A stretch of DNA of 64,000 nucleotides, taken from positions 18,715-82,714 of IMG/VR virus record IMGVR_UViG_3300030433_002269; one strand, 5' to 3'. Of this stretch, positions 20,653 through 29,068 are shown in pieces. Made by a program: the position numbers and the translations under genes. The DNA comes from a virus (lineage: Duplodnaviria > Caudoviricetes). How positions within the stretch are numbered: the first letter of the stretch is position 1; each line of letters opens with the position of its first letter. The notes below the pieces were generated by a model. The model did not search any database. It saw only the letters and a list, made by a program, of their open reading frames with translations, and was not told the origin of the DNA.

Positions 20653-23058
20653 TCAAACAATAATGTTAGCCGCTATAAACTTCAGACTAAATTCGTATGC
20701 TTGCATCTCTGCATCTCTGTGAATCACAAAGTCGCTAACAACACCTTGTATCCCTGACATCCTATGACCTTCTAAACTTGGTCTAAAATATGTAGAAGCA
20801 TGAGTTAAATTACTAACTGATAATTTGTCATATGGGTTAACGCTACCGTGGGTAACAAAGAAATTTCTTTGAGCCACTTCACCATCCTTATTAGCCATAC
20901 CTTTAGTAACCAAAGTGTCATAAGGGACCTGTATTCCATGAATGTAATCACCCATATTACCCTCATAGTAGACACTTCGGTTAGCAGCGCCGACTAAACC
21001 TGTATAGAGGGCATCAGTGACCCAATGTGCGTTCTCAGCAGGCGCTAGATTTTGGCTGTTACCTAGTATTCCTAAGATGTCCTGTGCTTTATCACCGGAA
21101 CTCTTGACTTGTTTACCGCGCTGTCCAGAGCCAAACGACTTTACCAAAGGCAAATAATTTTCACTGATATTATGATTAATGGCCCCATCTAACTTTCCAA
21201 TTTCAGTAGCATGCTTCTGAGTAATATTTACTCTAGCATTGAGGTTATTATCGGTTTTACCTATTGATGTTTCAAATACATAATTTAGTGATAAATTACC
21301 ATCGGCATCAACCGCTCTGTCACCCAACCATTCTCCAGAAGTAAGAGACTTGGACACCATATAGGCTAGATATTCGGCTGCGTTAGTATAATTACCCGCC
21401 CCCGGGTCAATAGGTGAGCCATCAGCATGATTGCCGGGGTCTTCATAATCGGTAATATGCTTAACCGGAATGACAAAGCAAGGCCTAGATTGACTTGATG
21501 AGGTATGCGTCAAGTTAGTATTCTTAGCAATTGTCACTTCAAGCGGGTCGGTAAAACTAGTTACCGGCGAATTGACAATAATTTCTGTAGCAGTAACACT
21601 TGTCACTTGATGTTTACCATAAGAAATTCCAGCGAAAGAATCCTCTAGGATTATTTCAAACATATTATCGCTTGTTTCAAAGTAAGACAAAGGATTACCA
21701 TCAACTTGTATAGCCCAACCCACACTAGGAACAAATGCAACTGAAGTAGCCCGTAAACCTGTTTGGCGATTTCTATTGACATAACCATAAGGCTCAACTG
21801 CAGATGGCTTACGGTCATTATCAAACACAAACCTTACGCTAGAGTTAGAGTACTTAGTGTCCTTATAGGGGTGACCTGATTTGAGAGAGATATTATACTT
21901 GGCACTCAAGTAACCTTCTACTTTCTGGATTTCTTCTAGGGAAAGGGCCCTATTGTAAATTAATATCTCTAATACATCACCTTCTAATTCAGCGGAACCA
22001 TAGTCGCCTATACCATCAACATCTGAGCCTGTATTAGGTGAATAACTAAAGCCAGTATCCCTGTCTTTTTGGTCACCATTCACATAAAGTGTAACTTGGT
22101 CTGATTCACCATCACCAGTGGTGTCTTGTATATGCCCTGTAACAATGTAGTTTCTGTGAGTCTTAACAAAATTGTTGGCGGTCCTAACTGCGTTAAAAGA
22201 ACCATTATCTTTAGCGTACCAAAAAGCAATTCTGTCAACATTCATTTCATAATATATATTGTAACCTCTATTCGGGCTCGATTGGCGAGAAGCAATTACA
22301 GTGTTATACAAGTTACTGTCGACATTTATATCATTGACAGCAAAAATTGTCATTTGTTCACTATTCAAATTTGAGTTATAAGGTATAACCAGTCTATCGT
22401 TGATACCATCAAATCTAATGATAGGCTTACCATTCGGTCCACTTTCAAAAAACTTAGGTTGCTTAGTTGGGTCACTCTGCACAGCGTCATTACCGTGACC
22501 ACTTGAATCGGGCCAAGAGGATACAGAGTCAGCATGACTAAGCGTTGAACTTAGGCTATCAGATTTCAACCATAATCTCAAACCATCAGTGATAGGAGTA
22601 GTTATGTCATTTTTATTTTCAACCCAATAGGCTACAGGGAGGTCAATGTATTTATCATGCATCATATAGAGACCTGTATCTATATCGGCTGTAAGGCCCC
22701 CACCTTGCACTGAGCCTTGGAAACCATTGAACCAACTCATCAGTCCTCCACCAAAGACTGTACCAGTAGGCTTTTTGTCAGCCGGTATGTCTATAGTTTG
22801 CGATTGGTCAAAGTCAATGTAGCCAGTAGACTTTATCTTGGCTTCTTGTCCCTCTTCATTGGTAAATACACCTTGTATTTCGAAACCTACCATAGCCTGA
22901 TTTAAGTCAACTCCTACTTTACGGGCTTGTAGAAGTGGTATTGCAAAGTTAGACTGGACCTTGTCCACGAAGATGTCAATAGAAGTGGCATCCAATTCAA
23001 TGGTCTCGCCATTTTCCTTGACCAATCTTACAGGTACTCGCTCTACCAAATTATACAC
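20653..23058 (-). CDS. Tail protein, paralog B, with inserted LamG-like domain (801 aa)
   Basis: GLRLWLKSD..SSWPDSSGHGNDA..FDGINDRL..LYVNG..GDVLEILIYNRALS is a LamG-like insert. Confidence 0.65.
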   Translation of the reverse strand: MYNLVERVPVRLVKENGETIELDATSIDIFVDKVQSNFAIPLLQARKVGVDLNQAMVGFEIQGVFTNEEGQEAKIKSTGYIDFDQSQTIDIPADKKPTGTVFGGGLMSWFNGFQGSVQGGGLTADIDTGLYMMHDKYIDLPVAYWVENKNDITTPITDGLRLWLKSDSLSSTLSHADSVSSWPDSSGHGNDAVQSDPTKQPKFFESGPNGKPIIRFDGINDRLVIPYNSNLNSEQMTIFAVNDINVDSNLYNTVIASRQSSPNRGYNIYYEMNVDRIAFWYAKDNGSFNAVRTANNFVKTHRNYIVTGHIQDTTGDGESDQVTLYVNGDQKDRDTGFSYSPNTGSDVDGIGDYGSAELEGDVLEILIYNRALSLEEIQKVEGYLSAKYNISLKSGHPYKDTKYSNSSVRFVFDNDRKPSAVEPYGYVNRNRQTGLRATSVAFVPSVGWAIQVDGNPLSYFETSDNMFEIILEDSFAGISYGKHQVTSVTATEIIVNSPVTSFTDPLEVTIAKNTNLTHTSSSQSRPCFVIPVKHITDYEDPGNHADGSPIDPGAGNYTNAAEYLAYMVSKSLTSGEWLGDRAVDADGNLSLNYVFETSIGKTDNNLNARVNITQKHATEIGKLDGAINHNISENYLPLVKSFGSGQRGKQVKSSGDKAQDILGILGNSQNLAPAENAHWVTDALYTGLVGAANRSVYYEGNMGDYIHGIQVPYDTLVTKGMANKDGEVAQRNFFVTHGSVNPYDKLSVSNLTHASTYFRPSLEGHRMSGIQGVVSDFVIHRDAEMQAYEFSLKFIAANIIV

Positions 23059-23530
23059 CTCTACTAAATCCAGTATTATTCAATCCGCCACCAATCTTAG
23101 CCTTGAGTTCTTTAGATACCATTTCGCTAATTTCTTTGGCAAGTGCACGCTTGTCAGTCTTATCGGTAACACCACTTACATCTATCCTTAGTGTTTGTAT
23201 AGTTACATTTTGACTAGGGCCTTCACCTGCCATAGTGGCTCTATCAGCAACACGATTAGCAAAGTTAGACCTATTATTCCTGTTGTTCTCTAGGCTTCCC
23301 CTTACTTCTTCTATAGATTCATCTAAAGGATTTTGAGTAACCTGCCTACTAAGACCTTTAAGTGAATCTACTAACTCTTGTGTTCTAACTCCACCCATTG
23401 CCATAGCCTTGTTGAAGTCAACCATTTGCTGCTTTAATTGGACCATAGTGCCCTGTGCGGACTCAGCATATTCACTGAAATCTTTCATGGCCCTAGCGGA
23501 CCTTGGGTCAAAGTCTTCGTCTACCATCAA
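23051..23530 (-). CDS. Very short tape-measure-like protein (159 aa)
   Basis: Occupies the tape-measure position; helical N-half; C-terminal QNVTIQTLRIDVSG..ALAKEISEMVSKEL resembles tape-measure C-termini. Confidence 0.4.
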   Translation of the reverse strand: MMVDEDFDPRSARAMKDFSEYAESAQGTMVQLKQQMVDFNKAMAMGGVRTQELVDSLKGLSRQVTQNPLDESIEEVRGSLENNRNNRSNFANRVADRATMAGEGPSQNVTIQTLRIDVSGVTDKTDKRALAKEISEMVSKELKAKIGGGLNNTGFSRGV

Positions 23531-23796
23531 TCTGCCTCCAGTGGGGGCACGAAGTCATACCCCAAGTAAACTGTGTTCCCTGAGGGCTCTTCTTGCTCTT
23601 GCATAGCCTGTGCCCAAGACAATAACTGCTTTGCATCATCGACTGACAAATTTCTCACTTCCTGTAATCCCATGCTATAGTGTGTCATTAGAAGGTATTC
23701 CATCCCTTCGCGTTTGTACCGAAGCCTGTCGGTAACTGCTTTTCCGTTGATGAAGTGTTTGATTTGGCCGACTTCGGCTCCCGAAAAAGTAACCAT
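23527..23796 (-). CDS. Tail assembly chaperone, gpT-like part (89 aa)
   Basis: -1 frame relative to, and overlapping, 23688-24056; YLLMTHYSMGLQEVRNLS resembles gpT-like segments. Confidence 0.5.
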   Translation of the reverse strand: MVTFSGAEVGQIKHFINGKAVTDRLRYKREGMEYLLMTHYSMGLQEVRNLSVDDAKQLLSWAQAMQEQEEPSGNTVYLGYDFVPPLEAD

Positions 23797-24056
23797 TCCA
23801 TCACCTCGTTGGGGCTTGGTAAAATAGAAGCAAGGGCTTTTCCTTCTTCAGGAGTTAAACTTTCCACATCGAAGTAATCATCATAAAATAACCAATTTAT
23901 GAAAGCATGTCGCCAGTAATCAGAAAAGTCCACGGTACCACTCATCAGCAAAGGAGCCACTGCTTGGACATCGAAGAATGTCAAGGGCTTTGCTGATATC
24001 TCATGAAGTAATCCGTTTATTTCAATTTCAATACTATTCTTCTTCTCCTGTGACAT
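23688..24056 (-). CDS. Tail assembly chaperone, gpG-like (122 aa)
   Basis: Downstream of tail tube; EISAKPLTFFD..ESLTPEEGKAL resembles tail chaperones. Confidence 0.55.
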   Translation of the reverse strand: MSQEKKNSIEIEINGLLHEISAKPLTFFDVQAVAPLLMSGTVDFSDYWRHAFINWLFYDDYFDVESLTPEEGKALASILPSPNEVMEWLLFREPKSAKSNTSSTEKQLPTGFGTNAKGWNTF

Positions 24057-24255
24057 ACTTACTCACTTCTTTATCATCGGATGCAGCCGAATCTTCGGGG
24101 GCATCCTCCAGTGCAAGGTGGGCGAACGGGTCATCGCTGGCCTTACCTGCTTCTGGGTCAAAGAGGTACTCTCCGCCCTCTTCCTCTTCCTCTTCGATGG
24201 GAGCCACAAATGTAGTGTAGGAAGGTTGGATAGGTTCCCAGACTTTTAATGGCAT
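24034..24255 (-). CDS. Small acidic protein (73 aa)
   Basis: SD GAGGAG; D/E-rich; between tube and chaperone. Confidence 0.55.
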   Translation of the reverse strand: MPLKVWEPIQPSYTTFVAPIEEEEEEGGEYLFDPEAGKASDDPFAHLALEDAPEDSAASDDKEVSKYVTGEEE

Positions 24256-24264
24256 ATTATCTCC

Positions 24265-26283
24265 TCAACAATGGAATAGTGTATCTTCACTTACAACTTT
24301 GATATTGCGTGGATGCAGCATGACTTTAGTCCTCAGTAGACCTTTGTCATCTGGCACTGGAATAGGGGCCTCAGTAATAATATAGTCGTCCATAAGTATT
24401 CTGAGAGACTGAGGGAATGTGCCACTACCGGTCGTTGGCTTAGTGAAGTATAGATGAATCAAGTTACCATCATCACCTACAGTCCCACTCTTTTCAAGAT
24501 GGCTTCTGAGTTCGTGCCAAAGTAACGGGTCTGTAAGTACCAAATCAAGTTCTAGTTCGTATTCTTCACGACCCTCACGAATAATGCTTGCATTACGGGT
24601 ACCGCCCCAAGGAACTTGCTTTGTGCTGCGATTATTGGAATCTACTGCTTCAGGCACCGGGTTACTTTGGATAGTATGATACAATTCTACGCCAGTTTTA
24701 CCCCTCAATTCAAAGCCTGTGATAAATCCAATAGAATCACCAAATGCCTCTATACTACCATTGTAAAACATAAACGGCTTTTCGCTGCACTTGGCGATAC
24801 CGCTAGCCTTCCTACCCTTAGCGTCAGTAGCGATGTTTTGGAACATACGGTGAGAAGTATAGCGGTCACCCTTTGTGGTTTCTAAGCGACCGGTATCAGT
24901 ATAGCAAGAAAGTGCATTAAAGATGCATCTGTATTTTAATTCAGCATCGACTGTAGAAGAAATTTCCCACTCTACTATTTTACAGCCACGGAACACTCTT
25001 GTCAACTGCTTAGAATCTGTAGATGAGGCGGGAGTAGGCCCACCTTCTTGACTATGAGAGCCAACATCTCTAGTTCTAATGCTATGCTCTATACAGAAAG
25101 ATGGGATGGTATCAGAAGAATAAAGGAGTTTTCTGACAGGGTTAGTAATGAAATTGTTATCACCGATATGCGGACTATTGTTAGTAGCATCATTTTCATA
25201 GCGGTGCAAAGTAACTGAGTCGGCATCTGTATGAGCAAAAGACCAAGGGTCATCTACAAAGAAACGATATCCTGTCGTCAGTGCTTGGATAGCAGTGACT
25301 CTTCTAATTTCACTAGTCTCGGCATACTCAAAGTGCTGAGTGTCATCTGTTAAACTACTGAGAGTTGCTGGCCAATACTTATTATCTGACTGGTCAACAT
25401 TTTTGTAAGTCGTAACAGGAGCAGTAGTGCTATCTCTAATCATCAAATAGTCTCCGGGTACAATGGTTTGTCCCCCGAGCAAATTACCACCTAAATCGAC
25501 ATAGACTTGTCCCGGCTCAACAGTTGTGCCACTCTTAATGGTGCCTGCAGCCCAAGCGCTAGCAAGACTTTGCCTGTCAACTGTTTCTCTACCAAGAGAG
25601 TAGTAAAGCCACCTAGGGCTATGCAATGGCATTTCAAGGGCACCACCAGTATGATGAACACGACCTGTCTGCTGTACAGCCACTTGGCGACCCAGCCCTA
25701 CTACATGATAGCGATGTAGTTCTACCTTAGTATCGGGTAAGGTCATGAAACTAGCAAGTCCAATAAATTGGTCTATGTTACTACTTTCCTTGGATACATC
25801 TGCACTGGCATTAAGTGCCACGGATGTTCCACTTTTGATTGTGGGTAATCCGACAGAGAAGATATTTATCCCGTCACCATCTCCACTAGCAAGAGTCGTT
25901 ACGCCATTTAACTTGGGTACAATCTTAAGAACAGTCTTTCCACCAGTTAAAGTGTGGTCAACGATAGTATGTATTTTACCATTGGTACCATCATAATAGT
26001 GTATAATGAAATTGTTACCACTAGAGTCAGCATTCTGAAATGCCATCTTGGTACCAATCAACATACCAATTGGTATCTTTAATACAGGAGTAGCATCTTC
26101 AAAGATAGCATTATCGCCTAATGAAGCAGTCCCTTCAAAAGTGATGGTAGTATAATCTGGAGTAGATGCTGAATTAGTCGCAGTCCATGTGCGCTGTGTT
26201 GAATTACTTTGAATCCAAAGTCCAGTCTCATGGCCCATTGTGACCTCTGAGACATCACCCTTGTAGACTGTACCTACACTCAT
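24265..26283 (-). CDS. Major tail tube protein with insertions (672 aa)
   Basis: PSFCIEHSI, RVFRGCKIVEWEISSTVDAELKYRCIF, FMFYNGSI..ITGFEL, IREGREEYELELDL match tail-tube beta-strands; follows the terminator gene. Confidence 0.7.
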   Translation of the reverse strand: MSVGTVYKGDVSEVTMGHETGLWIQSNSTQRTWTATNSASTPDYTTITFEGTASLGDNAIFEDATPVLKIPIGMLIGTKMAFQNADSSGNNFIIHYYDGTNGKIHTIVDHTLTGGKTVLKIVPKLNGVTTLASGDGDGINIFSVGLPTIKSGTSVALNASADVSKESSNIDQFIGLASFMTLPDTKVELHRYHVVGLGRQVAVQQTGRVHHTGGALEMPLHSPRWLYYSLGRETVDRQSLASAWAAGTIKSGTTVEPGQVYVDLGGNLLGGQTIVPGDYLMIRDSTTAPVTTYKNVDQSDNKYWPATLSSLTDDTQHFEYAETSEIRRVTAIQALTTGYRFFVDDPWSFAHTDADSVTLHRYENDATNNSPHIGDNNFITNPVRKLLYSSDTIPSFCIEHSIRTRDVGSHSQEGGPTPASSTDSKQLTRVFRGCKIVEWEISSTVDAELKYRCIFNALSCYTDTGRLETTKGDRYTSHRMFQNIATDAKGRKASGIAKCSEKPFMFYNGSIEAFGDSIGFITGFELRGKTGVELYHTIQSNPVPEAVDSNNRSTKQVPWGGTRNASIIREGREEYELELDLVLTDPLLWHELRSHLEKSGTVGDDGNLIHLYFTKPTTGSGTFPQSLRILMDDYIITEAPIPVPDDKGLLRTKVMLHPRNIKVVSEDTLFHC

Positions 26284-26726
26284 GCTATCAACTCCGCTAG
26301 TATGACTACCTCTACTTGGAATGTGTGCCTAAACAGTTTTTTAGTTCTGTCAGATAAATCTGTCCTTGTTTTAAAGACAAGCCTGTCGAAGTTTGCACCA
26401 TCGCCTTTGCGCTTAGTGTGGATTAATCGCCTGATTTCATCCTCCATTTTACGCAATCTGGAACGCCCTCTAACTGTCCTAGCATCAACTGTGATATTAA
26501 TGCGAGTGGTTACATAGTTGTAAAACAAGTCAGGAACTTCTTCGTTATGTGCAGTTTCGTAAACTAAAATAAAGTCACTTCTTTGAAGGTCTAAGCGCTT
26601 ACCACGCTCTGGACCTTCGGAAGCGACATCAAGTATCACTGGCATGATGTTATCGGTATTCGCACGGTTCCAACCCTTGAGGACATCGATTACTGATTCG
26701 AGTGCTTCTTTGGGTACAGATGTCAT
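26280..26726 (-). CDS. Tail terminator/completion protein (148 aa)
   Basis: Size and position between adaptor and tube; INITVDART and FRHTFQVEV strands. Confidence 0.55.
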   Translation of the reverse strand: MTSVPKEALESVIDVLKGWNRANTDNIMPVILDVASEGPERGKRLDLQRSDFILVYETAHNEEVPDLFYNYVTTRINITVDARTVRGRSRLRKMEDEIRRLIHTKRKGDGANFDRLVFKTRTDLSDRTKKLFRHTFQVEVVILAELIA

Positions 26727-26735
26727 GTTAAAACC

Positions 26736-29024
26736 TCAAGCGAATACTATAATCTCCTTGTATCGAGAAAGAATCTTCTCTGCGTCATTCCTCCATAACT
26801 GAATCTTGGAACCAAGGTCTACATTCTGCGTACCTTCTGGAATAAGCACAGAGCGGTCATCAGCCATCAATAACTCAACTGCTACCATTTTAGTAGCAAC
26901 TTCTTCTATGGCCTTCTCAAGATACCTTTCGCCATATATGTAAGATACTTTGATTGCATTCCACTCAAAGTAAGGATAGGAATTGTTGAAGTAAATGATA
27001 CCCATCTCGTGGTCCATCCACCAATCTCGTCTACGGGCTTGGTCTCCACCTGCACCAGAAAAGGCACCAATATCAGTTTTGAAATAATACTGACTTACTG
27101 TGCTAATACTATTGTTCAATAAACTGATAGAAGCACCACTAACACTTGCTATTCCACCAAAATAATTACTTCCCTTAGTGGTATAAGAATAAACATTTGT
27201 GGCTTCCCCATTGACAACCATAAGGAAACCTTTGGAAGGGAAACCATCAGTAGATTCGACATAGAGTGTACTGCTTTCCAAGATAGTCTGATAATGTAAT
27301 TGACCTACATGACTAGAGGTGTCGCTCAATCGTATATCGTCGCCAACATAACTAGCAAATGTACCGACAGCAGTGCCTGCTGAATCATAAATGGTTTCAC
27401 CTGCAGTATATGTATGCCCGCCAACTAGTATACCTCCACCAGTAACCTCTGTGTCAAAGTAAGCCCTATTGTAAAGTTTAGCACCGGCTGTTAACTTACT
27501 AACTGGTGCAGAAAAACTAAGGTAACGAGTAGCCCCATCAGAAGCCGCTGTTACAGTTCCATAAACCGCACCAGAAGCATCGTAAATAGGAGAAGAATCA
27601 CCACTAGCCAAATATCCACCATTGGCTATAGGATTTTTACCAGAAGTATCCAAATCTACTCTTTTGAAATCATGAATTGCAGTACCGATTGAAGGCCGAG
27701 CATCCGAAGGGATTGCTCCTTCAAAATAAATTTGATAAGCCCCTGCACCGCCTCCAAACAAAGCAATTATTCCCATACTGTTACCATCGGGTGTAAATAC
27801 TTCCTGTCCCACAGTAAATACAGTCGCAGGGTCATTTGCTGCACTGTCAAGTATGATTCTAGTATAACCTGATAGATAATTACCAATTGTCAATGTAGCG
27901 TCAGGTGCGGGATAAGATAAGACTGTCACTCCATTATCAAGAGAAGACCAACCACTATGACTGTTATTATATCTGGTCTTAGTACTCCTTTCACCATATT
28001 GTGACATAGATAAATTGGTCAAATCAGTCGCTGCTATTTGTAGAGCCTCGCCACCTTTGGTTTGCCTTTTACTGGTAAGTTTGACTTTACCATTACCATA
28101 ATCAGAGTTAGCGGTCGCTAATACTTCGTCATGGACAGCAATGTTTGATGATGAACCTTCCAAAGTAAACGATGGGCTAAATTCAACACTTGCTTTGCTT
28201 ACCCTGTCTTCTTTATTGATAAGGTCCGCTAGATTTTGCGCAGTTGAAACCCTATCGAAATCGGCTCTCCACTTTGTTGACTCAGTGCCAACTTCTAATG
28301 TAGCAATAGAGCCATTACCAAGAGTGAGATAGATTGAGTCGCCGCTTAATCCAGCATGGTCGACGACCTCTAACCTCACTTCTGCACCAGCAAGTTCTCT
28401 ATAATCGTCACCTTGCCATACCTCAAGGCGCAGAATTTGCTGAACATTCCTAAACAAAAGTGGAGATGTACCAACATAGTCTGTATAGTATCGTCTTCTG
28501 TAAGGCTTGTATGTATCGAAGTTAATGTATTCGGCCATGACCGCACTGGGTCTCCAAGCATTGTGAGTAAGATTGTCAATTTTATCTTGAACTTCCTTTA
28601 TCCTCTGCTCGACATGGTCCCTAGTAACCCCACGGGTCTTACCATTGGTAAATGAAGCCTGATTCTGAACATAGGTGTTTAGTGCAACTGTATAGTCAGC
28701 ATTAGTCTTACCTGCAGGGAATGTATCATCGAATACTAGTTTTACACCTGAAGAACTGGATTCAATAGAATCTACTGTTATAGTGAAACCCATTGGGTCG
28801 TTATCACTGTAAATGGTTACTGAATCTCCTACTGTAAAGCCATGGTCACGATAGTCTGCACCAGTAACATAGACACCATCAGTAGCCGTATCAGTCTTAA
28901 TCAATACGGCTTCACCGGGTCCTATACCTAAAAGGTCAGCCACTTTTTGGGCTGTAGTATAGACAATTGCTTCTGGGTCAAGAGGTCTTGTTTCAGCCTC
29001 GCCGGGTGAGAATACTGCTGGCAT
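26736..29024 (-). CDS. Head-tail adaptor (SPP1 gp15/HK97 gp6-like) with large beta-rich insertions (762 aa)
   Basis: N-terminal YTTAQKVADLLG; C-terminal IKVSYIYG..AIEEVATKMVAVELL. Confidence 0.6.
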   Translation of the reverse strand: MPAVFSPGEAETRPLDPEAIVYTTAQKVADLLGIGPGEAVLIKTDTATDGVYVTGADYRDHGFTVGDSVTIYSDNDPMGFTITVDSIESSSSGVKLVFDDTFPAGKTNADYTVALNTYVQNQASFTNGKTRGVTRDHVEQRIKEVQDKIDNLTHNAWRPSAVMAEYINFDTYKPYRRRYYTDYVGTSPLLFRNVQQILRLEVWQGDDYRELAGAEVRLEVVDHAGLSGDSIYLTLGNGSIATLEVGTESTKWRADFDRVSTAQNLADLINKEDRVSKASVEFSPSFTLEGSSSNIAVHDEVLATANSDYGNGKVKLTSKRQTKGGEALQIAATDLTNLSMSQYGERSTKTRYNNSHSGWSSLDNGVTVLSYPAPDATLTIGNYLSGYTRIILDSAANDPATVFTVGQEVFTPDGNSMGIIALFGGGAGAYQIYFEGAIPSDARPSIGTAIHDFKRVDLDTSGKNPIANGGYLASGDSSPIYDASGAVYGTVTAASDGATRYLSFSAPVSKLTAGAKLYNRAYFDTEVTGGGILVGGHTYTAGETIYDSAGTAVGTFASYVGDDIRLSDTSSHVGQLHYQTILESSTLYVESTDGFPSKGFLMVVNGEATNVYSYTTKGSNYFGGIASVSGASISLLNNSISTVSQYYFKTDIGAFSGAGGDQARRRDWWMDHEMGIIYFNNSYPYFEWNAIKVSYIYGERYLEKAIEEVATKMVAVELLMADDRSVLIPEGTQNVDLGSKIQLWRNDAEKILSRYKEIIVFA

Positions 29025-29068
29025 TGTTCATCCCCTCACCTGACCGTAAAGTGTACCTCACAATAACC

